From NCBI GenBank assembly GCA_951406725.2, contig OX597815.1, positions 96,472,001 to 96,536,000 on the forward strand: DNA of 64,000 nt. Direction: 5' to 3'. The DNA comes from Octopus vulgaris (lineage: Eukaryota). The position numbers and the translations under genes were made by a program. Below are positions 39,740 through 51,976 of the stretch, piece by piece. The notes beneath the pieces are model-generated. The model was not told the DNA's origin. It did not search any database and saw only the letters and a program-made list of their open reading frames with translations. Within the stretch, counting starts at the first letter, position 1. Each line of letters starts with the position of its first letter.

Positions 39740-41835
39740 AATTCCACCAGCCGAAAGCTAATCCTAGTGACCTTCCTCCAGCCCACCCATTTGACAACAT
39801 GGATCTCCATAAAGCCAACTGGGATGCAATCAGGAACGAGCTATCAAATGTTGACTGGTCCTTTACACATACACACATCTCCACCAACCATAAAACATCT
39901 TGGCAGATCTTTGTAGACACCGTCACAGACATATGTGCAAAACACTCCCCACCAAGACCTGTGAACAAAAAGTGCAGAATCCCCCAAAACAGAAAAACCA
40001 TTATCAGAAAAATAAAAAGAACAAACAAAAAAATTAACAAACTAAAGTACTGCCAACAGCAACACACACATTCGACGGCTATCGCACTGCTTGAATCCAA
40101 AAAATATAACCTCCAACAATGCATGAAGTCCCTCATCAATAACCAAAGATCAGCTGAGGAGAAGTGGGCCATTGAAAAAATCAAACTCAACCCCAAAGTG
40201 TTCTTTTCATTTGCGAGGAAACGCAGGGTCACTGTCTCCACTGTAGGCCCTCTAATTGACGAAACTGGCACTCTCCAAGATAATGCCAAATCCATGGCCG
40301 AGATACTGCAGAAACAATACTGCTCTGTTTTCAGCAATCCTGATATGGCCGATCTGGGCTGTATCAGTGATGTCAACCCCCAACACACTATATCGGACAT
40401 AACGTTTAGTGCCCCTGATGTCTTAGCGGCGATAAACGAAATAAAACACAATTCAGCAGTAGGCCCCGATAGGTTCCCTGCTTGTGTCCTGAAGGTGTGT
40501 CGACACCAACTTGCATCTCCCCTTGCTAATCTGTGGAGAAACTCACTGGATGCTGGCTATATTCCAAAAAACCTTCTGTCCCAGTCTGTTGTCCCAGTTT
40601 TCAAAAAGGGAAACAAGTCCCTTGCAGTGAATTACCGTCCGATCTCACTCACCTCTCATATCATCAAGGTATTTGAGAGGGTGGTGAGATCTCAAATAAC
40701 CCAATTTCTGGAAAGCAACAGACGGCTGATCTCCAACCAACATGGGTTCCGTAATGGAAGGGACTGCCTAACGCAGCTCCTGCATCACTTTGAGGACATT
40801 TTGAGAGCTTTGGGAGAGGGCTCCAACACCGATGTCATCTACCTTGATTTCAGTAAGGCCTTCGACAGGGTCGATCACAAGATCCTATTGAAAAAACTAT
40901 CCAACATTGGTGTCTCTGGAAAGTTACTGAAATGGATTAAGTGTTTCCTGACAGACAGATCTCAACATGTTGTAGTTGAAGGGGTAAAATCAAGCCCAGC
41001 CAAAGTCAGTAGTGGCGTTCCGCAAGGCACTGTGCTGGGCCCACTTCTTTTCATCATTTACATTAATGACATTAATGACATCATCAAGCACAGCAACATA
41101 AAAATCTTTGCAGATGACTCCAAGCTACAGAAGGTCATAAATGAGGCGAGTGACCGGACATGCCTTCAGTCAGATCTACTGGCTGTTATCCAATGGGCAG
41201 AAAAAAACAATATGCTGCTGAACGAGGATAAATTTGAGCTAATCCACTTTGGAAAAGAGGATGCCCTGAAACTCCCATACTCCCTTCCTTCAGGTGAAAC
41301 TCTCGCGGCGTCCAACAACATCAGAGACTTGGGAGTAATTGTGGACAACAACGTAAGCTGGGCCACTCATATAAACACCAAAGTTGACATGGCCCGCAGA
41401 ATGTGTTCCTGGATTCTCAGAACTTTCCAGTCGAGAGATATCCACACCATTATCCTTCTCTTCTCCACTTTTGCCCGACCCCACCTTGAATACTGTTGTC
41501 CACTGTGGTCTCCCCACACAATACAAGGTATCAAAAAAGTCGAAGCACCTCAAAGGGCAATCACAAAAAAGATAGATGGCATGACAGGCCTCGACTATTG
41601 GGGTCGACTAGAAAAGCTAAAACTCTATTCTCTCCAACGTCGTCGTGAGCGCTACATCATCTGCATGATGTGGAAAATATTCCATCAGCATTGCCCAAAT
41701 GATGTTGGCATCACCTTTAAGGTACATCCAAGGCTTGGGCCCCGTGCCATCCGCCCAAAACAAAAATCGCACTCTCATCTCATAACAACAATACGGCACA
41801 ATTATTTCACCTCAATTGGCCCCGCCTCTCTTTAA
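39721..41835 (+). CDS. LINE reverse transcriptase (continues after a 1-nt shift to the stop at 41995)
   Basis: GPDRFP, YRPISLTS, NQHGFR, YLDFSKAFDRVDH, SGVPQGTVLGPLLF, IFADD, RDLGVI, LQRRRERY; shifted tail LFNITPKHIK...FKKSLDRFLQEIPDKP...NSLLEW. Confidence 0.95.
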   Translation: MVLCNMKFHQPKANPSDLPPAHPFDNMDLHKANWDAIRNELSNVDWSFTHTHISTNHKTSWQIFVDTVTDICAKHSPPRPVNKKCRIPQNRKTIIRKIKRTNKKINKLKYCQQQHTHSTAIALLESKKYNLQQCMKSLINNQRSAEEKWAIEKIKLNPKVFFSFARKRRVTVSTVGPLIDETGTLQDNAKSMAEILQKQYCSVFSNPDMADLGCISDVNPQHTISDITFSAPDVLAAINEIKHNSAVGPDRFPACVLKVCRHQLASPLANLWRNSLDAGYIPKNLLSQSVVPVFKKGNKSLAVNYRPISLTSHIIKVFERVVRSQITQFLESNRRLISNQHGFRNGRDCLTQLLHHFEDILRALGEGSNTDVIYLDFSKAFDRVDHKILLKKLSNIGVSGKLLKWIKCFLTDRSQHVVVEGVKSSPAKVSSGVPQGTVLGPLLFIIYINDINDIIKHSNIKIFADDSKLQKVINEASDRTCLQSDLLAVIQWAEKNNMLLNEDKFELIHFGKEDALKLPYSLPSGETLAASNNIRDLGVIVDNNVSWATHINTKVDMARRMCSWILRTFQSRDIHTIILLFSTFARPHLEYCCPLWSPHTIQGIKKVEAPQRAITKKIDGMTGLDYWGRLEKLKLYSLQRRRERYIICMMWKIFHQHCPNDVGITFKVHPRLGPRAIRPKQKSHSHLITTIRHNYFTSIGPASL

Positions 41836-42105
41836 CATTACACCAAAACACATTAAAACAGAAACTGACCCTATAGGGTTCAAGAAGTCTTTGGACAGAT
41901 TCCTTCAAGAAATCCCGGATAAACCCCCTACACCCGGATATGCCTCTGTAAACAATAACTCTCTACTTGAGTGGGCCATAGTGCCCAAATTCTGACTTGA
42001 AAGACTTCACCAGGTGGTGCTATTAAGTTAGACATGGCCTGGGCCAATAATGGCCGAAACCTATCAAAGTATCAAAGTATATATACATATATATATATAC
42101 ATATA

Positions 42106-42152
<47 letters not shown>

Positions 42153-42367
42153 GGTATGAGAGGTGTTGATGTCAAGAAGACCCAAAGGTGTCAGGTAATG
42201 CTGAGTAAGTGAAATGGACAGACTACAGTTAAGTTCAAGTTTCAATAATGGTACGAATGTGGGGTCGAACATAGGTCGTGTATTAGCATGCATATATAGA
42301 AAAATTAACAGTATGAGTTAGAAAAATCAAAGCTTGTGAGTAGTTTTTAGAAAATTTATAAAGAGAA

Positions 42368-42417
42368 GGTCTTACACCTGCTTCCGGGATATATTATATA
42401 TCCCTTCATCAGAGACG
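42368..42417 (-). ncRNA. Minimal type I hammerhead ribozyme motif (Penelope-like pLTR type), slightly degenerate
   Basis: GUCU-CUGAUGA-A-GGGAUAUA-UAA-UAUAUCCC-G-GAAG-CAGGUG-UA-AGAC: stem I GUCU/AGAC, perfect 8-bp stem II, near-palindromic stem III; GAAA mutated to GAAG. Confidence 0.7.
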
Positions 42418-43449
42418 GTGCGAGAAGATGTTTAAGTAATAGTTATTATAGAGAAGATATGAAATATAGAGTAAAGTGATGGATTGAAAATAGACGTGAG
42501 ACACATAAGGATAATGTATTTGCAGTTCCATGATTTAAGCCAAAACAAAAAAAGCCTCGACCGAATAACACCGTTTACAAGACTCTATGCTTGGAATGAC
42601 CAATTATAAACACCAGTGCGCACAAGTCGAAGTAAGGTGAATAAAATCGAAATAAGCTACAGGATATCAAAAAGTGGTGCAATACGACCGTTTCAAGCGA
42701 CTCCATTTAATTGGACAATGCAATTATTACATCAATTTAAATGAATAGCTATCATCAGCTGCACAAATAAATAGAATTTTAATCAGTTGGACACATTAAT
42801 ATAACATTTATGATCATAATGATTGCAGTGTTCAGTTAATTCTTGAAAAGCAGCTTAGACCCCGTTACATGTCTAAATAATTGTCACATTATATTAGTTA
42901 AATTCCTCATTTTACATAATATCGAGGTCCCATTCATTCTTTTGTTGCCTTACCATTACCATTAATATATATATATATATTTATATATACAAGAGAGAGC
43001 GAGGAAGACATATGTATGCATGAATATGTGTAACACATATTATCTTTGTCTTTAGAATGGGTATGTGAGTTTTATCGAAGTTGCTAAAATCTGAAATCGA
43101 AAATAATCTGTTGATTGGATTTTTTGAAATGTCTATATATATAGATGTCCATAAATGAATATCGAGCACCAATACTGATTTGCTAAAGTATTCATAATCC
43201 TTATACAGAGGAAAATCGCAGAATCAAATTAATTAACCACTAGGTAGTTCTGTTGTGTTATCAAGGAGTACATAATACTGATTCTACCGATATGTTTTAG
43301 TAATATATTCTGGAAGATTTTTCTTATTGTCAAAAAATGCACAGAATTATGAAAGGGCATTGTTATCGATTACTCTGACATAAATGTTTGATTAGTTTCC
43401 ATACTGGAAGAATGACTTATTTTATCTCAATATTGAAAGGGATGTTACA

Positions 43450-44070
43450 CACAATCAAATCACACAATGGGATGTTTTACTATCTCCATAGTCTTCGTGG
43501 TAGCGTAAAGCTTAAATTTATAAATCAGCTCTAATCGGTGCATGATCTTTCTGTTGACTCGGAAAGGTTCTAATGGAGGAAATTTCAATTTGAATTTCTG
43601 TACACAATGTTTGTAAATGCACTTTACGAAATCATATATTTGATCTTGCCTTCTCCGCTGTACCAATATTATAAGCGGTCTATCCATATTAGCCGATGAC
43701 TGCACATACGAAGTTCTGCAAATTGTATTGTGCATCGCTTGTCTTTGCGGCTCAACAGAGTATATTGAAGCCAAACTTTGTGATGCTATGTCTCATCACA
43801 TTCTTGAAATTCATTTGCAGAATATCGGGGTGCCTCCTATCATTACACAACTTTAATGACGTTGTTTTTGTTTCTCTTGTCATCAATCATACTCAATTTT
43901 TGCACTTGCCTAATGTAGCACAATGTTCGCTATATCAATATCTCTCCATTTTAAGAACACTTAACATATATAACATTAGTTTATTAATGTTTCGTTTTGA
44001 CTTCCACGGGTCTTAAGTTTTCCAAGATATCTTATTCTCAATTTAAGTGGTGTCTTTCTTTTGCTGTTTG
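43450..44070 (-). mobile_element. Very decayed LINE (RTE-like) C-terminal relic
   Basis: Remnant KLCNDRRHPDILQMNFKNVMRHSITKFGF resembles the RTE C-terminal G.R..G.P...FKD motif. Confidence 0.35.
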
Positions 44071-45351
44071 ATATGTATTACCCAGACCTTCGATTAGTAT
44101 AATAACGCATATTACAGTGTTACTAGATATACTACAAATTTCAATTGGAATAGTGACGCTCAAACTTACAGGCATAGCTCACCCTACACTTTCGCTGAAC
44201 ATTAATGAACAATCACTACTCATTGTAACCTCCCAATAGATAAAGTGCCACGCTCTAAATTTCAGCAACATTGGGTCTAGTCAGTGTTACTTTCACGAGT
44301 CAAGACTAGTGTCATAAAGAATTTCAGGCTTTTGAAACTTAATTTTAAAGTCAAACTTAGTGTCGTCTGCAGGTTCTATAGATACAAATTCAAACATCTA
44401 CAACTAACCAGTTGTTTATCATAACAAAGGAAATATTTCACTAATAATGTTAACCGAAATGTATAACATTGAACAAAGCAATTGGAATAATTGAAAGTAT
44501 ACTAAACTAAATCCTATTTTCGATTTTAGTCCGGTATTAGAATGAAGGACAATTGTTTTGAACACGTATTCAATACAATCCGATGCGGCAGGAAGATCTC
44601 TCTGAAGAGACTCACCCAAAAACTTTTCTGTAATAATAGTTATATGAAATAAAGCTTGTAAGCACAAAAGTATTTGATTTATTTATTGATCATAGTATGT
44701 CGAGACAAAATTCTGTTTTACATTGTTTGTTCTTCGTATCTACTTTATACATAAAAGACTAAAGACTGATAGACGTTTTCATTTAAATAATCTGTTGTAA
44801 ATAATAGACGAGCTATTTGCGATAATCAACGCAAGTGTATATATATAATCGGCCGTTAAAGACGGCAACGATTCTTACTAATGTTCTGCAAGCTAAAATG
44901 AATTATGTTAAAACATTGTTATTTATGATAGAAATAAAAACTAAATTTACCTTAAATTAAAGAATTTTATGTGTAAAAAAACGAAGCCTAGTGCATTAAA
45001 TAATGTTATCTTGAATATATCAGGAAATATAGAATTTTTTGTAGATTGAACCCGTTTTGTAAAATATTTGATCGCTCAAAGCTAGCCTCACTTAAGGTTA
45101 AACTCTAATTGCGATGCTCATTAACCATCTCATTAACCACACTAAAGAGACTTTACTAACTTTGTTTGACCATACTCAACCTCGAGCAAAGAGATTGAAT
45201 ATGGGATATAAAAACCCTGCCAACATGATCACCACTCAAATATAAAAGCGAAAGATGGTCGAAAGAGACGTATGAAATATGAAGTAGTTAAAAAATTGAG
45301 AAATTCGGGGTGTGGGAAGGGTAAACGATAGAACAGAAGGAGGAAGAGGGG

Positions 45352-45470
<119 letters not shown>

Positions 45471-45884
45471 AGGAGAACGTGGATGATGACGATAATCTCC
45501 TATCTTGATACAATACGAAAACACCCGTGATAGTTACAAAATTTTATGCATTTGCGTCTGAATTAGTATAATGACGTTGTGGATGAATGCACTGGCGCTA
45601 ATGATTTATTGGATGGATGTTGTAAATACCACAGTGATATTTATGGACTGAAATTACAATAACATAAGTATAAGATAACAAGGCAAAATAACATGAGTAT
45701 ATACAAACTGTTAATGTTGAGAAATCTTCACACTAGAATATATTATTAGATGGTCATCGCTCAGACGTAATTGTAGATTCGGTAAACGGGAAAATTTGGT
45801 ACCTTTTTAATTTCATGTTAGAAAGTTTACTTTATGGTATAGGAAATTCATTATGAATGTAAATATAAATAATGATAATAATAT

Positions 45885-46092
45885 TTTCTACTATAGGCAC
45901 AAGAACTGAAGTTTTAGGGGTGGACTAGTAAATTACATTGACTCCAGTGCTCAACTGTTACTTAATTCATTGACGTTGAAAGGATGACCTCTAAAGCCAA
46001 TCTGGGCAGAACTTGAACTCAGAAAGTAGAGGCAAATGAAATGTCGATAAACATTTTACAGACCAGCGAATAATTCTGCCACTTCGCTACCT
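45885..46092 (-). mobile_element. Decayed SINE (family of 20148-20562)
   Basis: GAAAGGATGA...AAAGCCAATCTGGGCAGAACTTGAACTCAGAA...ATTCTGCCACTTCGCTACCTT is the reverse complement of the family head and body. Confidence 0.65.
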
Positions 46093-46526
46093 TCCGTTGT
46101 TGGAGTGTATATGAATCAAAAGTTTCATTAATAATGGATGACAAGAGTCATGTAATGTCCTTCCTTATCCGAAAAGTGTTTTAACTACATGAAAACTTGT
46201 AACCAGATTTGTGTGACAGTGTGGAGATTTCTATGATTATGTGATACAGACAATCAAATCTAGCTGCACTGTTCATCATAGCCGAACGAGATGTGAGATT
46301 GGTGATTATATAACTTCTCTTTTGAGAAGTTATGTAAAAACACAGCCCAGAAACTCTATCCCCTTCAAACACAAGAGTTAAGATTTTAAAATATAATCTA
46401 TATATATAAAACTGAGAATGTGTTCTGTCTGTCTGCCTGTGTGAATCCCCAAAACATATGTATAGATGTATTTCTATAGATATACATGTATGTCTAGATG
46501 TATATATAGATGTACATGTAATATGT

Positions 46527-46578
<52 letters not shown>

Positions 46579-46633
46579 GCATACATATATACACCCATAT
46601 ACTCATGCACCGATCCACCAACCCCAATACACA

Positions 46634-46995
46634 CATAGGTGCATGTGTGGCAACAAACTTGGTTCCAAAACACATGGTCCTCAGTTCAGTCCCACTGTGT
46701 GGTAACTTGGCATGTGTCTTCTGCTATAGCCTGAGACCAACCAAAGCCTTGTCAGTTGATTTTGTAGACAGAAACTGAAAGAAATCAATTGTATGTATAT
46801 GTATGAATATATGTAAGTCTATGTGTGTGTCTTTGTGTTTCTCCCTCATCACTGCTTCACAACTGGTGTTCGTTTATTTACATCCCCATAACTTACTGGT
46901 TTCACAAGAAACTGATAGAAAAAGTACCAGGCTTATCAAAATATTAAAAAGCACTATGCAGTGTCTCAAATTTTTGTTTGCCCACAGAATTTATC

Positions 46996-47058
<63 letters not shown>

Positions 47059-47360
47059 ATACACACGAACACACATATGTATATATATAGAGAGATTTCG
47101 TAGACAGAAACTTAAAGAAATCAATATATATATATATGTATGTATATATTTAAGTGTATGTGTGTGACTTTGTTTCTGTATTTCACCCTCATTACTGCTT
47201 CACAACTGCTGTTCGTTTATTTACATCCCCATAACTTACTGGTTTCACAAGAAGAAACTAATAGAATAAGTACCAGGCTTTTCAACATAAAAGAGCACTA
47301 GACTGTGTCTCATATTTTTGTTTGCCCACTCAGTTATATCTATCAATTTATCTTTGTGTT
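46634..47360 (+). mobile_element. SINE (family of 53869-54279) with a local tandem duplication of its 3' half
   Basis: 46758-47000 and 47093-47360 share GTTCGTTTATTTACATCCCCATAACTTACTGGTTTCACAAGAA, separated by (GT)n. Confidence 0.75.
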
Positions 47361-47443
47361 TATATATATATATATATATATATATTACACACGCACGCAC
47401 GCGCACACATACAAACACACACACACACGCACGCGCATACACA

Positions 47444-47510
<67 letters not shown>

Positions 47511-47522
47511 ATATGTGTACAT

Positions 47523-48752
47523 TCTTATTTATTATATCAAAGACAATGTCTTTCTGTGTTCGTGTATTACTAATACATTCGAAAACCGTTGCACCGATCA
47601 GATGAAATTTTAAACATAGATATTAGATACAAATGAAGTAATATTTATAAAATTTCATCTTCTTACAAGTTAGAAAGACCCCTTCATAGGGACTTAACAC
47701 CCACAATTTAGGCATTTTATCTAAGCAAAGACGAATAGTTGTACTCTTGGACGTTGTGGGGTCATCCGAGCACAGAAGATAAGCATTATTTGTAATTCAA
47801 AGGTACAACAGTGTAAGAGTTTGCTTTGGCATACACTTAGATTGTGATTTCTGCAAAGTGGTGCATAAATTGTCAAGTAAATGAGAGGCATCTTTGCCTC
47901 CACTGATTCAGTTGCAATGTGTTGAGTAAAGTTATTTGATTGCAGACCTCCTTTCAGTCTGTTTATTATCACTGGGTCACAAATAGTCCCCACATGGTGA
48001 CATTGATTCCAAGGCCTTCCCAGATGAGTGACTGGTTATTCAAAGACATTTATAGATTTTAAATTTATTCTTTCCAGGTACGTATCAGCATAGTGGTCAT
48101 CTGCAAACTCCAGAGGTGACACTTTAATTTCTCCTTAGCCCTCACGTCACACAGTTGTTAATGTTGATTTCAGTTGTGTCACGCCCTTCCAATTGTTATA
48201 GATTCGTAATGCATCATACGGCTGTGCCTGTCATCTGGATGGTAATGAATCCTACATTGGGAGTGGTAACGACTAGGGCAGGGTAACTGACTTCTTATTG
48301 TGATCATTCGTCTTTTGGTTGCATGTAGATTTGCTCTCTTTTACAAACCCAGTGAACATATATTTCCTATTTCAAAGAAATTCAAATAATAGATATAAGA
48401 CCCAAGTTAAAAAGATTTTCAACAATTCAATTTCTCCGGTTGACATTAAGATGTCCACCCCCAATAGGGGCCTTAACTCTCACATTTTAGAGCTCCATGA
48501 CCTTCATTTTTCAGGAGCAAAATCTTTTTAACAGTTTCAATAAGAGTGGAATTTTGGAATATGCGCATACAAATATATGGGATATATGTGGCATGATTAC
48601 AATTTTTTAGTGTGTGTAAAGAGGCTAATAACCCTCAGCTGCAATTTTGATGAAATTCGAAACATAGATATCCAGTTCATTACAGAAGATATAACAGAAA
48701 AGTCTAATTCTTCAGTTGAATGTAACCGGGCAACGCCGGGTATCTTTGCTAG
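47523..48752 (+). mobile_element. Non-autonomous Helitron-like element (alternative 5' end A|TC at 46397)
   Basis: 3' hairpin ACCGGGC-AAC-GCCGGGT then CTAG|T at 48749-48753; TC-initiated 5'-like ends at ~47523 and 46397 (A|TCTATATATATAAAAC). Confidence 0.6.
47690..48140 (-). mobile_element. Decayed LINE RT relic (RTE-like) inside the Helitron-like interval
   Basis: GEIKVSPLEFADDH, THLG and SKLLHCCT remnants in RT motif order. Confidence 0.5.
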
Positions 48753-49349
48753 TTGTTTATGAAACAATAAACACCTAGAAAGAAACGTACAGACTAACGA
48801 TCTTTACACCTGCTGCCCACATCCTCTTCTGAACACTAAAGCACAAGGTAAAAGAATTTCCTACCCAAAACACCATGACATGGCTGAATAATAGTCCCTA
48901 CCTTCCAAATATAAAAAAGGAAACAGCGAAAATAACACCAGCAAGTAAAGAAACTGACAAGCTTATACAAACTCCTACTTATATTCTTTTGTGAACCACT
49001 AAAAATTTGCATTAGCAAAAAGTTGAAACTCCCAATCACTAAGTTTACACATAGTGGACTAAACTATAAAACTTTGACCTTTACACTGTTTTTTGACTAA
49101 GACGACTGAAAGAGATGAATTATTCCGGCCCTATAATATTCTGCTTCGATACATGTTTTTGTGGACTTATTGTGTGAAAGTTTTGACTGTGCCGGTCATC
49201 CTTCACCCACCCAAGTTTCACAATTTAAAAAAAATATTTCATATTTGATACGTCTCCTGCAGACAGTGAACATGTTAGCGGGATGTTTATGTTTTTTTTT
49301 TTCCCGCTCACTCGTTAACCATTAAAATTTCTTCAGAATTTTAGCTGAG

Positions 49350-49940
49350 TATTAAACTTATTTCACAATGCCTGGTGTTATATTTCCTTTTTCTGACTTT
49401 CCAAATTCGTATTTCTTGGTTCCTACGAATAAGAGGAGTCCAATATTCTCAGCTTTCATATTGTAGTTATTTGTATTAACTTTCTGTATGCAGTAGTTAT
49501 CTTTACATCCTACAACTGATATTTTAGAACAGTTTCCCAGTTGCATAAGGCGAACACATTTCCTTATTGCTGTTGCATATAATACTTTCCATAAAAATTT
49601 GGATGGTTTATTTTAAATGCTCTTGATTTTCTTATTTTATCTCTAGCTATGGAAGTTCAATTAGATTCTGTATAATATTATTCATATTATAATAATACTC
49701 ATAAACAGCTGTAGTACTTTGAGTATTTTTCTGTATTTCTGCATTTAGTTATGTTTTACTTAGCAATTTAATGCGCCGACGGTAATATTTTCTAAACTTC
49801 TCATTAACGTGTGTAATGCACTCTGGTTTATTCAATTTTAGGTTCATATATATTTCTTTATAAAACAACACGTTATGATTCTGAATTTTCGTTTCTCCAA
49901 TTTTGGATGGCGGTATATTTTTACATACAAGTTTCATTTC
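49350..49940 (-). mobile_element. Decayed Penelope-like GIY-YIG relics
   Basis: IPPSKIGETK...KEIY..LKLNKPEC...RRRIKLLSK (C-terminal-like) and LGNCSKISVV.CK...NIGL (N-terminal-like). Confidence 0.4.
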
Positions 49941-50587
49941 AGCTTTCTTTAAAATATATATATATATCCTTTATTAGTTGTCATTTATACGCTACAAGTC
50001 AGTTACTGATAGTCCTATTTGCAATGTTTATGTCAGTGTTGTACTTAATATGTTAGTTAATAGTATCAACACTGAAGAGCGAGACTATTATCCTTAACAG
50101 AAATACTTTTGAGATGAATCTGTTTTTCTAATTCTTTCTACTAAGCCTCTTCCAAATTCTTTGTCACTTTCTCAAGATATGCTTCATGCGATATCTTCTC
50201 TTCGGTGTATTCTTATTCTGAGATATTTCCCACAATATATATATATGTGTGTGTGTGCGTATGTCTGTGTGTATGTGTTCATGTGTGTCTCTGTATGTAT
50301 GTGTGTGTATTTTCTCTCTCTTCCTCTTTTACTTGTTTCAGTCATTTGACTGCGGCCATGCTGGAGCACCGCCTTTATATGTATGTCACTATTCACTTTT
50401 ATTTCTTGCCAGCAGAGAAAAAGCCATTTTCTAACATAGATCCAAGGCACCTTCAATGGAATTTCAACAGCATCATCAACGTATCTTTCTATGCATGTAT
50501 GTATGTATGTATGTATGTATGTATGTATGTATGTATGTATGTATGTAGGTATGTAGGTAGGCATGTATGTATATGTATATATGTATA

Positions 50588-50849
50588 CGTTCAGAATTGT
50601 ATGTTTGTTTGGTATATGAATTTTCATGAACAAAGTTGCATATCTAGGCATTCTCATATATATTTAAATGGTAAACATCTGGAAAGTTCTACAGCCTTTA
50701 CAATTCCTGTGATGGTTTGGATCTGTAATCTTGGAATCAGCTTTCTCCTTTCTGGTGTTGAGAAGCTTAATTTCTCAAGATGGATATTTAGGCAGCGTGT
50801 TACATATCCCAGTGCACCAATATTCATAGGTATAAACATGAACATGTAA
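50588..50849 (-). mobile_element. 5'-truncated RLE non-LTR retrotransposon (family C) within (ATGT)n
   Basis: FIPMNIGALGYVTRCLNIHLEKLSF...LIPRLQIQTITGIVK, an RLE C-terminus distinct from families A and B; (ATGT)n at 50492-50587 and 50850-50930. Confidence 0.75.
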
Positions 50850-51213
50850 TATGTATGTAATGTATGTATGTATGTATGTATGTATGTATGTATGTATGTA
50901 TGTATGTATGTATGTATGTATGTATGCATGCATCTAAGATGGATTATGGGACAAAGACTCTTCGTACCAAATCAATGCTGTTCTCAGACACTAAATACTC
51001 TTCTAGCATCTTCGATTGACGTCTCTGTTATTGACCACCTTTTCCATCCCATTCCTACTGTAATAGACGATATGTTTTTTCTAGGCGTTTGCTTTACCTT
51101 TTGCGATAATATTGAATGCAACTCAATATTTTGCACACGGTGGAAAAATTTGTCAACAACCAGCCATGGGACACGAGATCTTATCCCTCAAAAACCCTTG
51201 CTGAGTGCTTTGC

Positions 51214-51567
51214 CATGCACATATTATCAGGCACTAAAGGGCATGCTCAACTGTTTAAAGTCATACAACTGACAATGAAATCTGTGTTGTTGAGCAGTAT
51301 ATTTTCTGTAGCCCCAAGAAAAACACATGTACATGATAACACTTCCAAACAGTTAAGATCAGAAGCCATATGAACTAGTACCTTGCACTCCATCAAGGCA
51401 TTTATTATTATTGTTATTGAGTGAGGCAGCAGTGCATGCCATCAAAGTGACACTGGGGTACCCATCATAACTACCCGTGTGTTAAGGGTACAGCAGGTAC
51501 ATGCATCACAACAATACCTGCAGGACATGGTGACCTAATATCAAGATAAACGGCACATGAACTTGCA
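51214..51567 (-). mobile_element. Two partial head-to-tail copies of the ~550 bp (ATT)n-associated repeat
   Basis: 51214-51403 matches 9020-9222; (ATT)5; 51419-51567 matches 59112-59281. Confidence 0.85.
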
Positions 51568-51697
51568 TAGGCGTTGCCGTTGCATCGTAAGAGTTCTTAC
51601 AAAAGAACAAAAGAAGAAATGCCTCGCTCCCAGCTCAAATATGGAGAAAATGTGCTGAGGTGCGAAAGCGGGCGCATCGACCTTATGGCAAAGCGGT

Positions 51698-51826
51698 CTT
51701 CTTCTTCTTCTTCTTCTTCTTCTTCTTCTTCTTCTTCTTCTTCTTCTTCTTCTTCTTCTTCTTCTTCTTCTTCTTCTTCTTCTTCTTCTTCTTCTTCTTC
51801 TTCTCCTTCTTCTTCTTCTTCTTCTT

Positions 51827-51925
<99 letters not shown>

Positions 51926-51970
51926 GTTGTTGTTATTATTATTATTACTATTATTATTATTATCATTATT
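51698..51970. repeat. Compound (TTC)n(TTA)n microsatellite
   Basis: Direct reading. Confidence 0.97.
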
Positions 51971-51976
51971 ATATAT

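Larger units (their letters stand above)
37439..42077 (+). mobile_element. Apparently full-length, near-intact APE-type (CR1-group) LINE inserted in (TA)n
   Basis: ~325 bp 5' UTR, coding region 37763-41995, short 3' UTR ending in (TATCAAAG)2; (TA)n on both flanks; no in-frame stops apart from two 1-nt indels. Confidence 0.95.

Noticed and set aside
39687-40451. 254-aa antisense ORF (and other antisense ORFs over RT/RLE regions)
   Set aside because: Shadow frames of well-preserved retrotransposon coding sequence; no motifs.
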